Below are positions 26,995 through 37,220 of a stretch of DNA of 64,000 bases, in pieces (positions within the stretch are counted from its first letter, which is position 1; each line of letters begins with the position of its first letter). Under the pieces are notes generated by a model. The model did no database searches, had not been told where the DNA came from, and saw nothing but the letters and a program-made list of their open reading frames with translations. The position numbers and the translations under genes are program-made. This stretch comes from Elusimicrobiota bacterium (GTDB lineage: Bacteria; Elusimicrobiota; Elusimicrobia; UBA1565; UBA9628). Where the stretch lies: the NCBI GenBank assembly GCA_027451985.1, contig DAIDHS010000014.1, positions 1,748 to 65,747 on the forward strand, in the 5' to 3' direction.

Positions 26995-27870
26995 TTAATG
27001 GGCGGCGAAAGCGGCCGGCACGGGATAGTAAATCTTCAGATTGCCGACCGCGTCGCGGCTCAAGGCCACCGTGGTCTGGTCCGGGCTGTCCTTGCTGTTT
27101 TGCCGGGCCTCGGACGGCGCGGAGACTAGGACGCCGGCCCCCGCTCGCGGGATGTCCGTATCAAGCACGTGGAATCCGCCGACTTTGTCGCCGTCTAGCG
27201 TCATGAAGACCAGCAAGTTGTCGCCGCTGTAGCGCGCGAAGCCCCCATTACCGTCTTCAATGAAGTTCCGGCTGTAAATAAGCCGGTAGTCCTTGCCTCC
27301 GAGACGCAGAGGAACGCCGGTTTCGTAAGCATCTCGGACCATGTCGGCGATGAGGAAAGTCGCGGATTCTCCCCGTCCGTCCATGGACTTGATCACCAAC
27401 CGGCTTTGCATCGTATCCGACACGCACAAATCAATGTAAACACGGTAGGGAATATGGTTGAACTTCATGGTCATCGCGTCGTTGAGCAGGCTCAGCCCGA
27501 GAACCTTGATGCGGGGGAGCTTGTTTCCCTTTACAAAGATCGGCCGAGCGGCGTTCTCAGGCCAGAACTCTATAAACCAAGATTTCCTGTTTTCGCTTTT
27601 TGTCCCGAACACGTGCACGGGAACCCCTGCGGCCATGAACACCGCCGAGGTCCGGCGATCGGCGTCCAAAATCGGAGGCAGAACCACGGTATAAATCGGC
27701 CGTCCGAGAGCGGGGTTCGCCATTTCGTATGCGGGAAAATGCAGCGGAGCGAAATGGATGAACCCGGCGCCGACGCCGGCTTGAAGCTCCAGGCTTCGCA
27801 AGGCCGACGGGCTTTGCGCCCGGGCCGGCAGGGCCAGAACCGCGCCGAGCAGGACGGCGGAGAGCATCAT
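26995..27870 (-). CDS. secreted hypothetical protein
   Basis: 291 aa with signal peptide MMLSAVLLGAVLALPARAQS. No motif recognised. Confidence 0.45.
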   Translation of the reverse strand: MMLSAVLLGAVLALPARAQSPSALRSLELQAGVGAGFIHFAPLHFPAYEMANPALGRPIYTVVLPPILDADRRTSAVFMAAGVPVHVFGTKSENRKSWFIEFWPENAARPIFVKGNKLPRIKVLGLSLLNDAMTMKFNHIPYRVYIDLCVSDTMQSRLVIKSMDGRGESATFLIADMVRDAYETGVPLRLGGKDYRLIYSRNFIEDGNGGFARYSGDNLLVFMTLDGDKVGGFHVLDTDIPRAGAGVLVSAPSEARQNSKDSPDQTTVALSRDAVGNLKIYYPVPAAFAAH

Positions 27871-27955
27871 TACGGATAAGCGTACGCGGGGAAAAACCGC
27901 GGCGCCGGGGCCTAAAGGTCAAAAAACGGCAGCCAAAGGACCTACCTCTTGCGGC

Positions 27956-28684
27956 CTAGAACGTCCGGACCAGCGCCGCGGCCGCGCCCAATCCGTAGTA
28001 GCCGACGCCGTCCCGGTCCCCCATGGAGCGCAAGCCGTCGAGGGCGGCGTTAATTCGCCAATTGGAGTCGGGAATCTGCCACTCGTAACCCAGGCCGACG
28101 TCCCAGGCGGCCGAGGTCCCCACGATGGGAGAGGAAAAATCCGACGCGGGCGCGCCGGAGACCTGCGACGCAGCCAAGCCCACGCGCAAAAGCACGTAGC
28201 GGGTCTGCGGCGTCGCCAAGGGAACCAAAGCGAGTTCGATTCCGGCGGGAACGGTCCAGCGCATTAAATCCGCGGAACTGCCGTTCATCCGAGCCTGGCT
28301 CAAGGACTCGGCCTCCAAGCCCGCGTAGGCCCGCAGCCAGGGAGTAAGATGCCGCTCGTAAAGAGCCCTGGCGCCGAATCCTCCCCGGGCCGGCGATCCT
28401 CCGCCATTTCCGGAAATCGGGAAAAGCGTCGTTGACGCGGGGCCCAGTTCTAGCGACCACGCCGCATGCGGCGCGGCCAAGCTGTTCTCGCTGAGCGAGA
28501 CCTCCCGCACCTGCCCGGAAATCATCGGCTTGTTGGAATTGAGGTAATGAAGAAAAGTCACTTTGTCCTGCTGCGTCCAGGCCCGCTGATCGCCCAAAGA
28601 CGGCATGGCTTTGGCGCGGCAGGGGGCCCAGAGCGACAAAGAAACCGCGCACGCGAGCAGCCCGCATCCGTTCTGTGGCTTCAT
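27956..28684 (-). CDS. outer-membrane beta-barrel protein (OmpA-like barrel / OmpW-like), hypothetical
   Basis: Start taken at the internal MKPQNGCGLLACAVSLSLWA. The protein has alternating-pattern strands and a C-terminal aromatic end ...ALVRTF. Confidence 0.4.
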   Translation of the reverse strand: MKPQNGCGLLACAVSLSLWAPCRAKAMPSLGDQRAWTQQDKVTFLHYLNSNKPMISGQVREVSLSENSLAAPHAAWSLELGPASTTLFPISGNGGGSPARGGFGARALYERHLTPWLRAYAGLEAESLSQARMNGSSADLMRWTVPAGIELALVPLATPQTRYVLLRVGLAASQVSGAPASDFSSPIVGTSAAWDVGLGYEWQIPDSNWRINAALDGLRSMGDRDGVGYYGLGAAAALVRTF

Positions 28685-28711
28685 TCGGAAATGTATTATA
28701 TACCTTTCGCG

Positions 28712-29197
28712 ATGAAACACCGGCTCTCTCCCCCTCGCGCCAAAACCGCGCTCTGCTTGGCCGTCCTCGCGCTCGTCCTGGCGGCGCCGCGGCTTCGCGC
28801 CAAAACCATCGCCCAAGCGCGGCAGGAGATTCTCACCCAGACCCTGCGCTACTTGAACGTTCCTTATTTATGGGGCGGCGTCCAGCCCGCCACGGGCCTG
28901 GACTGCTCGGCCTTCGTCCAGCTCGTCTACCGCCGCGCGCACCTCTTTCTGCCGCGTTTGTCGCGGGAGCAATTCGCCGCCACGCGCTACTTGAAGCCCG
29001 AGAACGTTCTGCCCGGTGACCTGATCTTTTTCGCCATGAACCGCTCCCATCCGGACGAGGTCGATCACGTCGGGATTTACCTGGGCAAGGGCCTCTTCAT
29101 CCACGCCTCGGTCTCCGAGGGAGTGCACATCGAATCCATCGTCAAGCCCTATTACATGGAGCGGCTGGTGTCCATCCGCCGCTACGCGGGCTTCTGA
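28712..29197 (+). CDS. NlpC/P60 (C40) cell-wall peptidase
   Basis: Signal peptide present. The catalytic Cys is in GLDCSAFVQLVY, and the His is in DHVGIYLGKGLFIHAS. Confidence 0.75.
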   Translation: MKHRLSPPRAKTALCLAVLALVLAAPRLRAKTIAQARQEILTQTLRYLNVPYLWGGVQPATGLDCSAFVQLVYRRAHLFLPRLSREQFAATRYLKPENVLPGDLIFFAMNRSHPDEVDHVGIYLGKGLFIHASVSEGVHIESIVKPYYMERLVSIRRYAGF

Positions 29198-29201
29198 CCC
29201 C

Positions 29202-29966
29202 ATGAGACTCGACCTCGCCCTCTTGGCGGTCATCGCGCTCTTCGGCGCCTTCGGCCTTTTCTCCGGCGCCGTCCGGCAGTTGGCCCAACTCGCGGGACTG
29301 GCCTTGGCTTATCTGGCGGCGCCGCGCGCGGCCCGGGCGCTGATGCCGCTGGCCCAAAAGCGCGTTCACTGGCCGCCGCAGATTCTGGGCCCCGCCGTCT
29401 CCGCTGCGGCGTTCCTGCTGATCATGGCCGTCGGCGGCGCCTTGGCCCGCTCGGCTTTGACCAGACTCTTCCGCGGGCGCTTAAACCGCGCGGCCGACCG
29501 CTCGATCGGTCTATTCCTAGGTGCGGGCAAGGGCGCGGCGCTGGTTTTCGCGGCGCTCTCCATCCTGCTCTTTGTCGGCAGTCCCGGCTCCCTGCCGCCG
29601 GGCCAACTCACTGACTTCATCGCGAACTCAAAGGCGATCGCGTTCGTGCGGAAGCACAACTTATTCTCCCTCGTGCACCTTCCAGAGCTCAACAAAATTT
29701 CGAAGCTGCTGACCGCCGCAAGAAATCCGGAGACCGCCAAAGCCTTGGCCAACAACCCCGATTTCAACGCCGCGCTGAGCGACCCCAAGTTCCAGGCGCT
29801 TTTGGGCCAACTCCACCCCGGGCAGGCTCCGAACCTGGGCGACGCGGAGAGCCTCATGCGCAGCCCGCAGATGCGCGCCCTGCTTCAAGATCCCGCGTTC
29901 ATCAAGCACCTGCTCAAGATGCAAGCCGCGCTTTCCAGCGGCGGTTCGACCCCCCCGGCACAATAG
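29202..29966 (+). CDS. cvpA: CvpA-family membrane protein (colicin V production protein-like)
   Basis: 254 aa. The N-terminus MRLDLALLAVIALFGAFGLFSGAVRQLAQLAGLALAYL is typical of CvpA. Confidence 0.65.
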   Translation: MRLDLALLAVIALFGAFGLFSGAVRQLAQLAGLALAYLAAPRAARALMPLAQKRVHWPPQILGPAVSAAAFLLIMAVGGALARSALTRLFRGRLNRAADRSIGLFLGAGKGAALVFAALSILLFVGSPGSLPPGQLTDFIANSKAIAFVRKHNLFSLVHLPELNKISKLLTAARNPETAKALANNPDFNAALSDPKFQALLGQLHPGQAPNLGDAESLMRSPQMRALLQDPAFIKHLLKMQAALSSGGSTPPAQ

Positions 29967-29984
29967 CCCGGCAGAGGACCGGCC

Positions 29985-31025
29985 CTAGCGGCCGTCGAAA
30001 TCGCCGGCGGCGGACTTAAAGCGCCTCAGCGCTTTTTGGGCTAAAGCGAGATTCACGCTCGGCCGCCGATTGGCGGGCCTGGCAGGCTCCGCCGCGGACA
30101 GGGCCTCCAAGACGGGCCCCACCTCGCTTACGTCCTCCCCTGAGCAACCCGAGTTCGGGGCGAAGCCCGAGTCCGGGCAGACCTTGGAGGTCCGGTGATA
30201 GAGCCCAAAGGGACGCAGAAGAAAAAATCCATGCTTGACGAAATCATCCTCGCCGCGCACCAGGATGCCCTCGACCAAATCCGTGCGCGTGTCGAAAACT
30301 GGGGAACCCGAACTGCCGCCCGCGTCATCCAAATCGGCCGAAAAATAGCCATGGGGCGAGATGGACACGATGCGCGCGTCCTCGGACACCTTGGCCGGCA
30401 GGCCGGAGGGATAACCGATCATGAACAGAGGCTCCCCCACCTCGGGGTGGAAGTCGCCATCGAGCGTCAGCGGCACATGATTAAGCACGGGGCGATTGAG
30501 CCGAACCAAGGACCAGTCCTGCCCGTCGTCCGAATATTTGCGGGCGACCAGGGCGCTGCAGCTGTAGACCTCGGTCGCGGGAACCGAAGTCGGGTTGGCG
30601 TTCGCCCGCGCGACGGAATATCCGAAGACGAACGCGGTGCCGCTGCAGTCCTTGGCCGAGGTGACGCAGTGCCCAGCCGTGGCGACCAGATCCGGCCCGA
30701 CTAAAAATCCGGAGCAAAACGCGCCGTCGGGCTCGTTGTAAAAACGCTCCCGCGTCTCGAGCTTGTAGTCTTTGCCGTAGCTCAGGGTCGGCAGGTACAC
30801 CCGTCCGCCCTTGATGTCGACGATGCTTCTCCAGGAAAAAAGCGAGAGCGTCGACCCGGCCAGTCTTTGGATCCGCCGCCGGACCTGGTAGACGTCGTAG
30901 CGGTTGTCCGCCCCGTAAATCGTCGGCTCGGGCGCGGGGCCCAAGCGCGGCGCGGCCCGCAGCCGGGGCGCGGCGGCCGGCAAAAGGAACGCCGCCAGGA
31001 AAATCGCCTTGCGCCTTGAATTCAT
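29985..31025 (-). CDS. secreted trypsin-like (S1 family) serine protease
   Basis: Start at MNSRRKAIFLAAFLL. Catalytic His in LVATAGHCV, and Ser in GGSSGSPVF (a GDSGGP variant). Confidence 0.75.
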   Translation of the reverse strand: MNSRRKAIFLAAFLLPAAAPRLRAAPRLGPAPEPTIYGADNRYDVYQVRRRIQRLAGSTLSLFSWRSIVDIKGGRVYLPTLSYGKDYKLETRERFYNEPDGAFCSGFLVGPDLVATAGHCVTSAKDCSGTAFVFGYSVARANANPTSVPATEVYSCSALVARKYSDDGQDWSLVRLNRPVLNHVPLTLDGDFHPEVGEPLFMIGYPSGLPAKVSEDARIVSISPHGYFSADLDDAGGSSGSPVFDTRTDLVEGILVRGEDDFVKHGFFLLRPFGLYHRTSKVCPDSGFAPNSGCSGEDVSEVGPVLEALSAAEPARPANRRPSVNLALAQKALRRFKSAAGDFDGR

Positions 31026-31065
31026 CCCGCTTAGGATAAGCGCCGGACCGCGCGGGCGCATGGGC

Positions 31066-32382
31066 CTATCGGGGAGCTTCGAGTTCCCCCAAAAGCCCAT
31101 GGGGCCCCGGCGCTTCCTGCGCGGCCAAGGGCAAGGACAGGGTGAAGCGGGCCCCGCCGCCCTCCAGATTCTCGGCCTTGAGGCCGCCGCCGTGCTTGAA
31201 GGCGGTCTCCCGGCAGAAATAGAGCCCGAGCCCGTTGCCGCCCTCCCGCCGCCGCGTGGTGTTCATGGGCTGGAACAGGTTCGCCATGGCCTCGGCCGGA
31301 ATCCCGGGGCCCGTGTCCTCGACGATGACCGCCGCTTCAAGGGCGTCCGCTCCGGAGCGGACCGCGCCGATGCTCAGGACGCCGCCGCGCCGCATCGCCT
31401 GCACCGCGTTGGCCGCCAGGTTCATCAAAAGGCGCTCGAGCTCCACCCGCGCGGCCAAGACGCAAAGCGGCTCGGGGTCCAGGCGCTTGCGGACCTCCAC
31501 CCCGGCGCCGATGAGGGTTCCCGCGCAGAGTTCCAGAGCCGAATCGACCACGTCACGGAGATCAAGAAGGCGCAAAGGCTCATCATCGTCGCGGACGGCG
31601 CTGAGGATGCCGGCGAGCATGCCCCGGCAGCGATCCGCCGCGCGGCGGATTTTTTGCACGTCCCTCCGCGCTTCCGAGTCGAGCGACTGGTTTTGCAGAC
31701 AGATTTCGGCGAAGCCCAGGATGACCGCCAGCGGCGTCCGCAAATCGTGGACGATGCCGGCCGACATCAGCCCCAAAGCGGCGAACCTCTCGGTCTGCGG
31801 ATCGCGCGCCGCGGCCGCCCGGCTCTCGTTCTCCAAACTCCTCATCTGCTCGCGCTGGCGCTCGATCCTGGCCCGGGAGCGCCGTTCCGCGCTGGCCAGA
31901 CGCCAGATCGCGGCCGCGGAGAACAGAAATAGGCCGTCCTTCAGGAAAAGCCCGAAGGCGGCGGACTCCCCTAGCCGGCGCAGGGTGACGGCGTAAAAAA
32001 CCGTGTTGAAGCAGACCGCGCCCGCCGTGATCCAAGCCACGTCCCTGCCGTCCAAGAGCAGCGCGGCCGTGTAAATCGGCAGGAGATAGAGGACCCAGAG
32101 GTTGGAATCAACCCCGCCGGAGTAAGACAGCAGGGCGGTAATCACGCCGCAATTGGCGAGAATGATGGCGGCGGAGAGCCCTTGCTTCGACGGCCACCGG
32201 CGCACCGCGAAAATCGCGAGAAAATTGAGGGTGAGCAGCGTCAGAAACAAATAAAGGACGGCGGGATAAACGAGGTTGGCGTTTTCGCGCCCAAGATAAG
32301 CGATGGCGGAGAGGAAAATGCAGAAGACCGCCTCGTACTTGTAGGCGAGAATGCGCCCGCCGTCTTCGTTGTGTCCTCCCAT
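31066..32382 (-). CDS. membrane sensor histidine kinase (orphan)
   Basis: 438 aa. ~6 TM helices, H-box HDLRTPLAVILGFAEI, N-box LMNLAANAVQA, and G-boxes VEDTGPGIP and GGNGLGLYF. No response regulator lies adjacent. Confidence 0.75.
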   Translation of the reverse strand: MGGHNEDGGRILAYKYEAVFCIFLSAIAYLGRENANLVYPAVLYLFLTLLTLNFLAIFAVRRWPSKQGLSAAIILANCGVITALLSYSGGVDSNLWVLYLLPIYTAALLLDGRDVAWITAGAVCFNTVFYAVTLRRLGESAAFGLFLKDGLFLFSAAAIWRLASAERRSRARIERQREQMRSLENESRAAAARDPQTERFAALGLMSAGIVHDLRTPLAVILGFAEICLQNQSLDSEARRDVQKIRRAADRCRGMLAGILSAVRDDDEPLRLLDLRDVVDSALELCAGTLIGAGVEVRKRLDPEPLCVLAARVELERLLMNLAANAVQAMRRGGVLSIGAVRSGADALEAAVIVEDTGPGIPAEAMANLFQPMNTTRRREGGNGLGLYFCRETAFKHGGGLKAENLEGGGARFTLSLPLAAQEAPGPHGLLGELEAPR

Positions 32383-32456
32383 GGCCGCCTCTCGCCTAAG
32401 GATGGCGCAGCCGGCTGTCGCGCGGCTGAGCGGCTCCTTAATTCCCGCTTAACTTG

Positions 32457-32726
32457 CTATATGGCGGCTTGCCGGCCCGGCCAAGCCTGACGCGGCCAGA
32501 GGCCGGCTTGCGTTTGCGTGGCGGCGACTTGCTGACGCAACTGGACGATCATGGCGACGGCGCGCCTCAAAAACGGCCGGAACGCGGAGGCGAAGCATCG
32601 CTCTACGGCGGCCAGGCTTTCTTGCTCGCCGGACAAGGAGAGGGCGTGCCCACGCGCCATCCAGCAGGCGGCGCCCAAAATCGCAAACCCGGAGGCGGTT
32701 AAGGCGAGGCGTTTTGCGCGCGTCAT
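32457..32726 (-). CDS. small hypothetical protein (doubtful)
   Basis: 89-aa ORF upstream of the kinase with a possible TM helix. GC-rich DNA can yield this by chance. Confidence 0.2.
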   Translation of the reverse strand: MTRAKRLALTASGFAILGAACWMARGHALSLSGEQESLAAVERCFASAFRPFLRRAVAMIVQLRQQVAATQTQAGLWPRQAWPGRQAAI

Positions 32727-32768
32727 AGGGTTTCCAGCTTTTATATTAACAAATGTGAATAGAGAATT

Positions 32769-34289
32769 CTATTCACTAACCCAATCAAATGATCGAGTCA
32801 CCGCCTTTTTCCAGTGGCGGTAGAGCTCGGAGCGCGCGCCCTCCGCCATGCGGGGCTCCCACGAGCGGCCCAAGCGCCGATTCGCGCGCAGCTCGTCCAA
32901 GTCCCGAAAAAACCCCGCGGCCAGTCCGGCGGCATAGGCCGCGCCCAAGGCGGTGGTCTCCAGAACGGCCGGGCGCACCACGGGCCGGTTCAGGATGTCC
33001 GCCTGGAACTGCATGAGCGTCTTATTGGCCGCCATGCCCCCGTCCGCGCGCAGGGAGCCCAGCCTGATGCCCGAATCCGCCTCCATCGCCTCGACCACTT
33101 CCCGGATCTGATAGGCCGTGGCCTCAAGCGCGGCCCGCGCCAAGTGGCCTTTGTTGGCGTAGCGCGTCAGGCCCGCGACCACGCCGCGCGCCGCCGCGTT
33201 CCAATACGGGGCATAGAGGCCGGAGAAGGCGGGCACGAAGTAGACGCCGCCGTTGTCCTCGACCGTGCGCGCCAGGGCCTCGATGTCCGCGCTGCGGCGG
33301 ATGAGGCCCAGGTTGTCGCGCAGCCACTGCACCAACGCTCCGCCCACGGCGACGCTGCCCTCCAGGGCGTAGAGCGCCGGGTTTTTCCCCAGCTTGCAGG
33401 CGACGGTGGTCACCAGGCCCGAGGACGAGGCGACGGGCGAGGTTCCCGTGTTCATCAGCAGAAAGCAGCCGGTGCCGTAGGTGCTTTTGGCCTCTCCCGG
33501 ATTGAAGCACGCCTGGCCGAAGAGCGCGGCCTGCTGATCGCCCAGGATTCCCGCGATGGGAACGCCCGCGATGGCGGGCAATTGGGCGCGGCCGTAGACC
33601 TCGGCGCTGGGGCGCGGCTCGGGCAGCATCTTTTCGGGAATCGCGAAGAGCTTCAAGATGTCCTTATCCCACGCGAGCGTCTTGAGGTTGAGCAGCTGCG
33701 TGCGGCTGGCGTTGGTCACGTCCGTGGCGTGCACGCCTCCTTTGGGTCCGCCGGTCAAATTCCAGAGGAGAAAAGAGTCGACGGTGCCAAAGAGCAGCTC
33801 GCCCGCCTCGGCCCGCGCCCGCGCGCCGGGGACGCGGTCCAAAATCCAGCGCAGCTTCAATCCGCTGAAATAGGTCGAAAGCGGCAGGCCCGTTTTCGCG
33901 CGCAGGCGGTCTAGCCCGCCGTCCTTGGCCAGCTCCGCGACGGAGTCCTGCACGCGCGTATCCTGCCAGACGATGGCGTTGCCGACCGCCCGGCCGGTCT
34001 TGCGGCTCCACACCACCGTGGTTTCCCGCTGGTTGGTGATGCCTACGGCGGCCAGGTCTTGGGGCCTCAAGCCTTTGCGGCGCATGGCCGCGGCCACGAC
34101 CTCTTGCGTGCGCCGCCAGATCTCGGCCGGCGAGTGCTCGACCCAGCCGGGCTTGGGATAAATCTGCCGGTGCTCCTTCTGCGCGCTGGAGACGACGCGC
34201 CCCGCGCGGTCGAAAACGATGAAGCGCGTGCTAGACGTGCCCTGGTCGATGGCGCCCAGGTAGCGCGGCCCGCGGTCTTTATGGCGCAT
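32769..34289 (-). CDS. glpK: glycerol kinase
   Basis: 506 aa. [28 protein letters not shown] and the [15 protein letters not shown] blocks are all characteristic of GlpK. Confidence 0.9.
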   Translation of the reverse strand: MRHKDRGPRYLGAIDQGTSSTRFIVFDRAGRVVSSAQKEHRQIYPKPGWVEHSPAEIWRRTQEVVAAAMRRKGLRPQDLAAVGITNQRETTVVWSRKTGRAVGNAIVWQDTRVQDSVAELAKDGGLDRLRAKTGLPLSTYFSGLKLRWILDRVPGARARAEAGELLFGTVDSFLLWNLTGGPKGGVHATDVTNASRTQLLNLKTLAWDKDILKLFAIPEKMLPEPRPSAEVYGRAQLPAIAGVPIAGILGDQQAALFGQACFNPGEAKSTYGTGCFLLMNTGTSPVASSSGLVTTVACKLGKNPALYALEGSVAVGGALVQWLRDNLGLIRRSADIEALARTVEDNGGVYFVPAFSGLYAPYWNAAARGVVAGLTRYANKGHLARAALEATAYQIREVVEAMEADSGIRLGSLRADGGMAANKTLMQFQADILNRPVVRPAVLETTALGAAYAAGLAAGFFRDLDELRANRRLGRSWEPRMAEGARSELYRHWKKAVTRSFDWVSE

Positions 34290-34356
34290 GTCTTGCCTCC
34301 GGATTCAATCTGGTATAGTCTAGCGGTGAAACGCCGCGCCCCACAAGGCGAGCCCA

Positions 34357-34902
34357 ATGTCTTCTAGCCCGGTCCGCGTCCCCACGATTGAGACCGCGCG
34401 GCTCTTGTTGCGCGGCCATAGCCCTGATGATTTCCCCGCGTGCGCGGCCATGTGGGCCGACGAGCGCGTCACGCGGCACATCACGGGCAAGCCCTCCACA
34501 AAACCGCAGACCTGGGCGCGCATGCTCGGCTACGCCGGGCATTGGGACTTCCTGGGCTACGGCTACTGGGCCGTCGAGGAGAAAAGCTCCAAGTCTTATG
34601 TCGGAGAGCTCGGTTTCGCCGATTTCAAGCGCGACTTCGAACCCTCCATCGCAGGGATTCCGGAAATGGGCTGGGCGCTCGCGCCCGCGGTGCACGGCCG
34701 GGGCTACGCCAAGGAGGCGATGGCGGCGGCGCTGCAATGGCGCGACGCGAACTTGAAGTCCGAGCAAACGGCCTGCCTCATCAACCCCGGCAACCTCGCG
34801 TCCCTCGCGCTGGCCGAAAAGTTCGGCTTCCGCTGGGCGCAGGATGCGCTCTATCAGGGCGTTCCCGTGAAGCTGTTCTTCAGGAACCGGGGCGGACGCT
34901 AG
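34357..34902 (+). CDS. GNAT family N-acetyltransferase (RimJ/RimL-like)
   Basis: 181 aa. YGYWAVEEKSS..YVGELGF and GWALAPAVHGRGYAKEA are typical of Acetyltransf_3. Confidence 0.7.
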   Translation: MSSSPVRVPTIETARLLLRGHSPDDFPACAAMWADERVTRHITGKPSTKPQTWARMLGYAGHWDFLGYGYWAVEEKSSKSYVGELGFADFKRDFEPSIAGIPEMGWALAPAVHGRGYAKEAMAAALQWRDANLKSEQTACLINPGNLASLALAEKFGFRWAQDALYQGVPVKLFFRNRGGR

Positions 34903-34914
34903 GCGCGGCCGCGG

Positions 34915-35835
34915 CTAGCGTTCTACTTTCCGCTTCCAATCCGCGAAGAGCGCATCGTAGGAGGTTCCGTAGATTTTTCGGTAGGCTTGCGGAGTTCCCC
35001 CGGAATCGATGAGCGTCCAGAGCTTGGCCATACCGCCTTTGCGGAGCAGGAATTCGACGAAGGACCAGGACGCCCAGTAGAAATCCACGCGGATGTGCTG
35101 GCTCGAAAAGTTGTAGTGGCCGGGCTCGCCCAGGCCTTCGAGGAGCCCGGGCGGGTCCTCCGCGATGATTCTCTTGGCTTCCTTGTCCGGATTCGCTCCG
35201 GCGACCATGAAGGGCGCGGAGGCTTGGCCGGGGCGCAGGCGCCCTTGAACGGCGCAGGCGATGCCCTCGGCCAGGGACTGCGACGCGCCGTAGCCGGCCA
35301 GAAGATGCGTCATCTCATGAAAAATCGGCGAGCGCCCTTCCTTGACCCAGGCCAGCATGATGCCGGTTTCCCCCGGCTGGGCCCCGGGCACGCCGGCTTC
35401 CGAGATGGGTCCGTCATCGTAGACGTAGACGGTGAAGCGCTTGCGCACCAGCGGCGGCCGCCCGGTCAGACGCGGAATGTCGTAAACGGCCTGCCGGAGG
35501 TCAGAGACTAGTTGCGCGATTTGCCGCGCATTAAGATAGTTTTTCTCGACGACTAAAAGGATTCCGCCCAAGTCCGTATCGACGAAGTACTCATCGCTGT
35601 TTCTGGCGTCTAGAAGTTTGCGGCGAAAGGCGTCGTTCTCATCGTAAGAATCGGGGTTCGCGGCTTCCTGCGCGATCCTATGATAGGGAAGGGCCGGCTG
35701 GCCGGGCGCGGCGAGAGGAATACCCGCCTGTTGCGGAGCCAAGCGCCGCAAGTCTTGAAGCGCCGGCCGCCGTTCTCCGGCCCGCGCGGCCGCGGCCGGA
35801 AGAAGAAGGGCAAAGACGCAGGGCCAAATCTTCAT
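34915..35835 (-). CDS. secreted putative zinc metallopeptidase (HExxH)
   Basis: Start at MKIWPCVFALLLPAAAARAG. It carries an HEMTH motif (FHEMTHLLAGY). Confidence 0.45.
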   Translation of the reverse strand: MKIWPCVFALLLPAAAARAGERRPALQDLRRLAPQQAGIPLAAPGQPALPYHRIAQEAANPDSYDENDAFRRKLLDARNSDEYFVDTDLGGILLVVEKNYLNARQIAQLVSDLRQAVYDIPRLTGRPPLVRKRFTVYVYDDGPISEAGVPGAQPGETGIMLAWVKEGRSPIFHEMTHLLAGYGASQSLAEGIACAVQGRLRPGQASAPFMVAGANPDKEAKRIIAEDPPGLLEGLGEPGHYNFSSQHIRVDFYWASWSFVEFLLRKGGMAKLWTLIDSGGTPQAYRKIYGTSYDALFADWKRKVER

Positions 35836-35923
35836 GCCGCCCGAGTTTACTGCGGGAGATTTTCCGGCGCCAGGGTCCTTTGGTCCCCGGGTCGGGGCAA
35901 GGCGTCCGTTCATGCGCCAAAAT

Positions 35924-35998
35924 TGGCTCCCGGAGTAGGACTCGAACCTACAACCTAGCGGTTAACAGCCGCTCGCTCCACCATTGAGCTATCCGGGA
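35924..35998 (-). tRNA. tRNA-Asn (anticodon GTT)
   Basis: Hand-folded: acceptor UCCCGGA/UCCGGGA, D arm GCUC/GAGC, anticodon arm AGCGG-CUGUUAA-CCGCU, T arm GUAGG-UUCGAGU-CCUAC, with an encoded CCA. Confidence 0.85.
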
Positions 35999-36107
35999 AT
36001 GGATAGCGGAACTCTCGTCCGCGCGACATGATTCTACTATTTTTTACCGTTTTTTTATCCCCGTCAACTTGATTTCCGCACCCCGGGGCGCTATGCTTGT
36101 TGTGCCT

Positions 36108-37220
36108 ATGGCAGAAAACAATTCGACTCTCGCCGACTTGCTCAGGGACGTGGCCGCCAAGGGCGGATCGGATCTGCACCTGGTGCCGGGCCTTCCCCCC
36201 TTGGCGCGCGTGGGCGGCAACCTGCGCCAGATGCCGCACCCCGCGCTCGACGCCTCCGCCATCGGCAAGCTCATCGAGCCCTACATGGACGAGCCGCGCC
36301 GGCAGTCCTACGCCAACGAGATGCGCGCCAACTTCTCCTGCAGCATCGAGGGCATCGGCCGCTTTCGCTTCAGCGTCTGCCAGACCCTGGGCATGCCCAG
36401 CGCCGCCATCCGCTTGACGCCGACCAAAATCCACCCCTTGGCCACGCTGGGACTGCCCCCCATCGTGCAGACTTTGGTCAACCGCCGCGCGGGCCTGATT
36501 TTCATCACCGGCGCCACCGGCAACGGAAAGAGCACCACCATGGCCGCCATGATCGAGCACATCAACCAGAGCGGCGAGCCCAGCAAGGTCATGACCGTGG
36601 AAGACCCCATCGAGTTTTTGTTCAAGCCCGCGCGCTCGATTTTCGTGCAGAGGGAAGTGGGCGTGGACACGCCCAGCTTCGACATGGGCATCGTCGACTC
36701 TCTGCGCCAGGACCCCGACATCCTCTGCGTGGGCGAGATGCGCGGCACCGCCTCCATCAACGCCGCGCTTTTGGCCGCGGAGACGGGCCACCTGGTGCTG
36801 ACCACCCTGCACACCCGCGACGCGTCCAAGACCGCGCAGCGCGTCGTGGCCGCGTTCTCCCAAGTGGATCAAGACGGCATCCGCGAGCAGCTGGCCTCGA
36901 CCTTGGAGGCCGTCATCTCCCAGCGCCTGCTGCCGCGCGCCGACGGCCGCGGCCTGGTGCTGGCCTGCGAGGTCCTGGTCGCCACCCCCGCGGTGCGCCA
37001 GCTCATCCGCGAGAACAAGTTCGAGGCCATCAACGACGCCATCCAGTCGGGGATGAAGGACGGCATGGTTTCGCTCGACGCCTCGATTAAGGCCCTCTAC
37101 CAGAAGCAGCTCATCAGCCGGGCCACGGCGGCGGAGAACATGCGCCACCCGGAGATGCTGCCGGCGGGACCGGCGGGAACGGCTCAGGCCTTCGCGGGCG
37201 GCAAGCCCGGCGGCGCCTGA
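36108..37220 (+). CDS. pilT: type IV pilus retraction ATPase PilT
   Basis: Start at MAENNSTLADLLRDVAAKGGSDLHL. Walker A GATGNGKSTT, Asp box, Walker B DPDILCVGEMRG, His box LVLTTLHT. Confidence 0.85.
   Translation: MAENNSTLADLLRDVAAKGGSDLHLVPGLPPLARVGGNLRQMPHPALDASAIGKLIEPYMDEPRRQSYANEMRANFSCSIEGIGRFRFSVCQTLGMPSAAIRLTPTKIHPLATLGLPPIVQTLVNRRAGLIFITGATGNGKSTTMAAMIEHINQSGEPSKVMTVEDPIEFLFKPARSIFVQREVGVDTPSFDMGIVDSLRQDPDILCVGEMRGTASINAALLAAETGHLVLTTLHTRDASKTAQRVVAAFSQVDQDGIREQLASTLEAVISQRLLPRADGRGLVLACEVLVATPAVRQLIRENKFEAINDAIQSGMKDGMVSLDASIKALYQKQLISRATAAENMRHPEMLPAGPAGTAQAFAGGKPGGA

Noticed and set aside
34987-35511. 174-aa plus-strand ORF and several 60-120-aa ORFs across the window
   Set aside because: All lie antisense or out of frame within well-supported genes (metallopeptidase, glpK, LanM, ABC transporters). 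None has an SD or motif.
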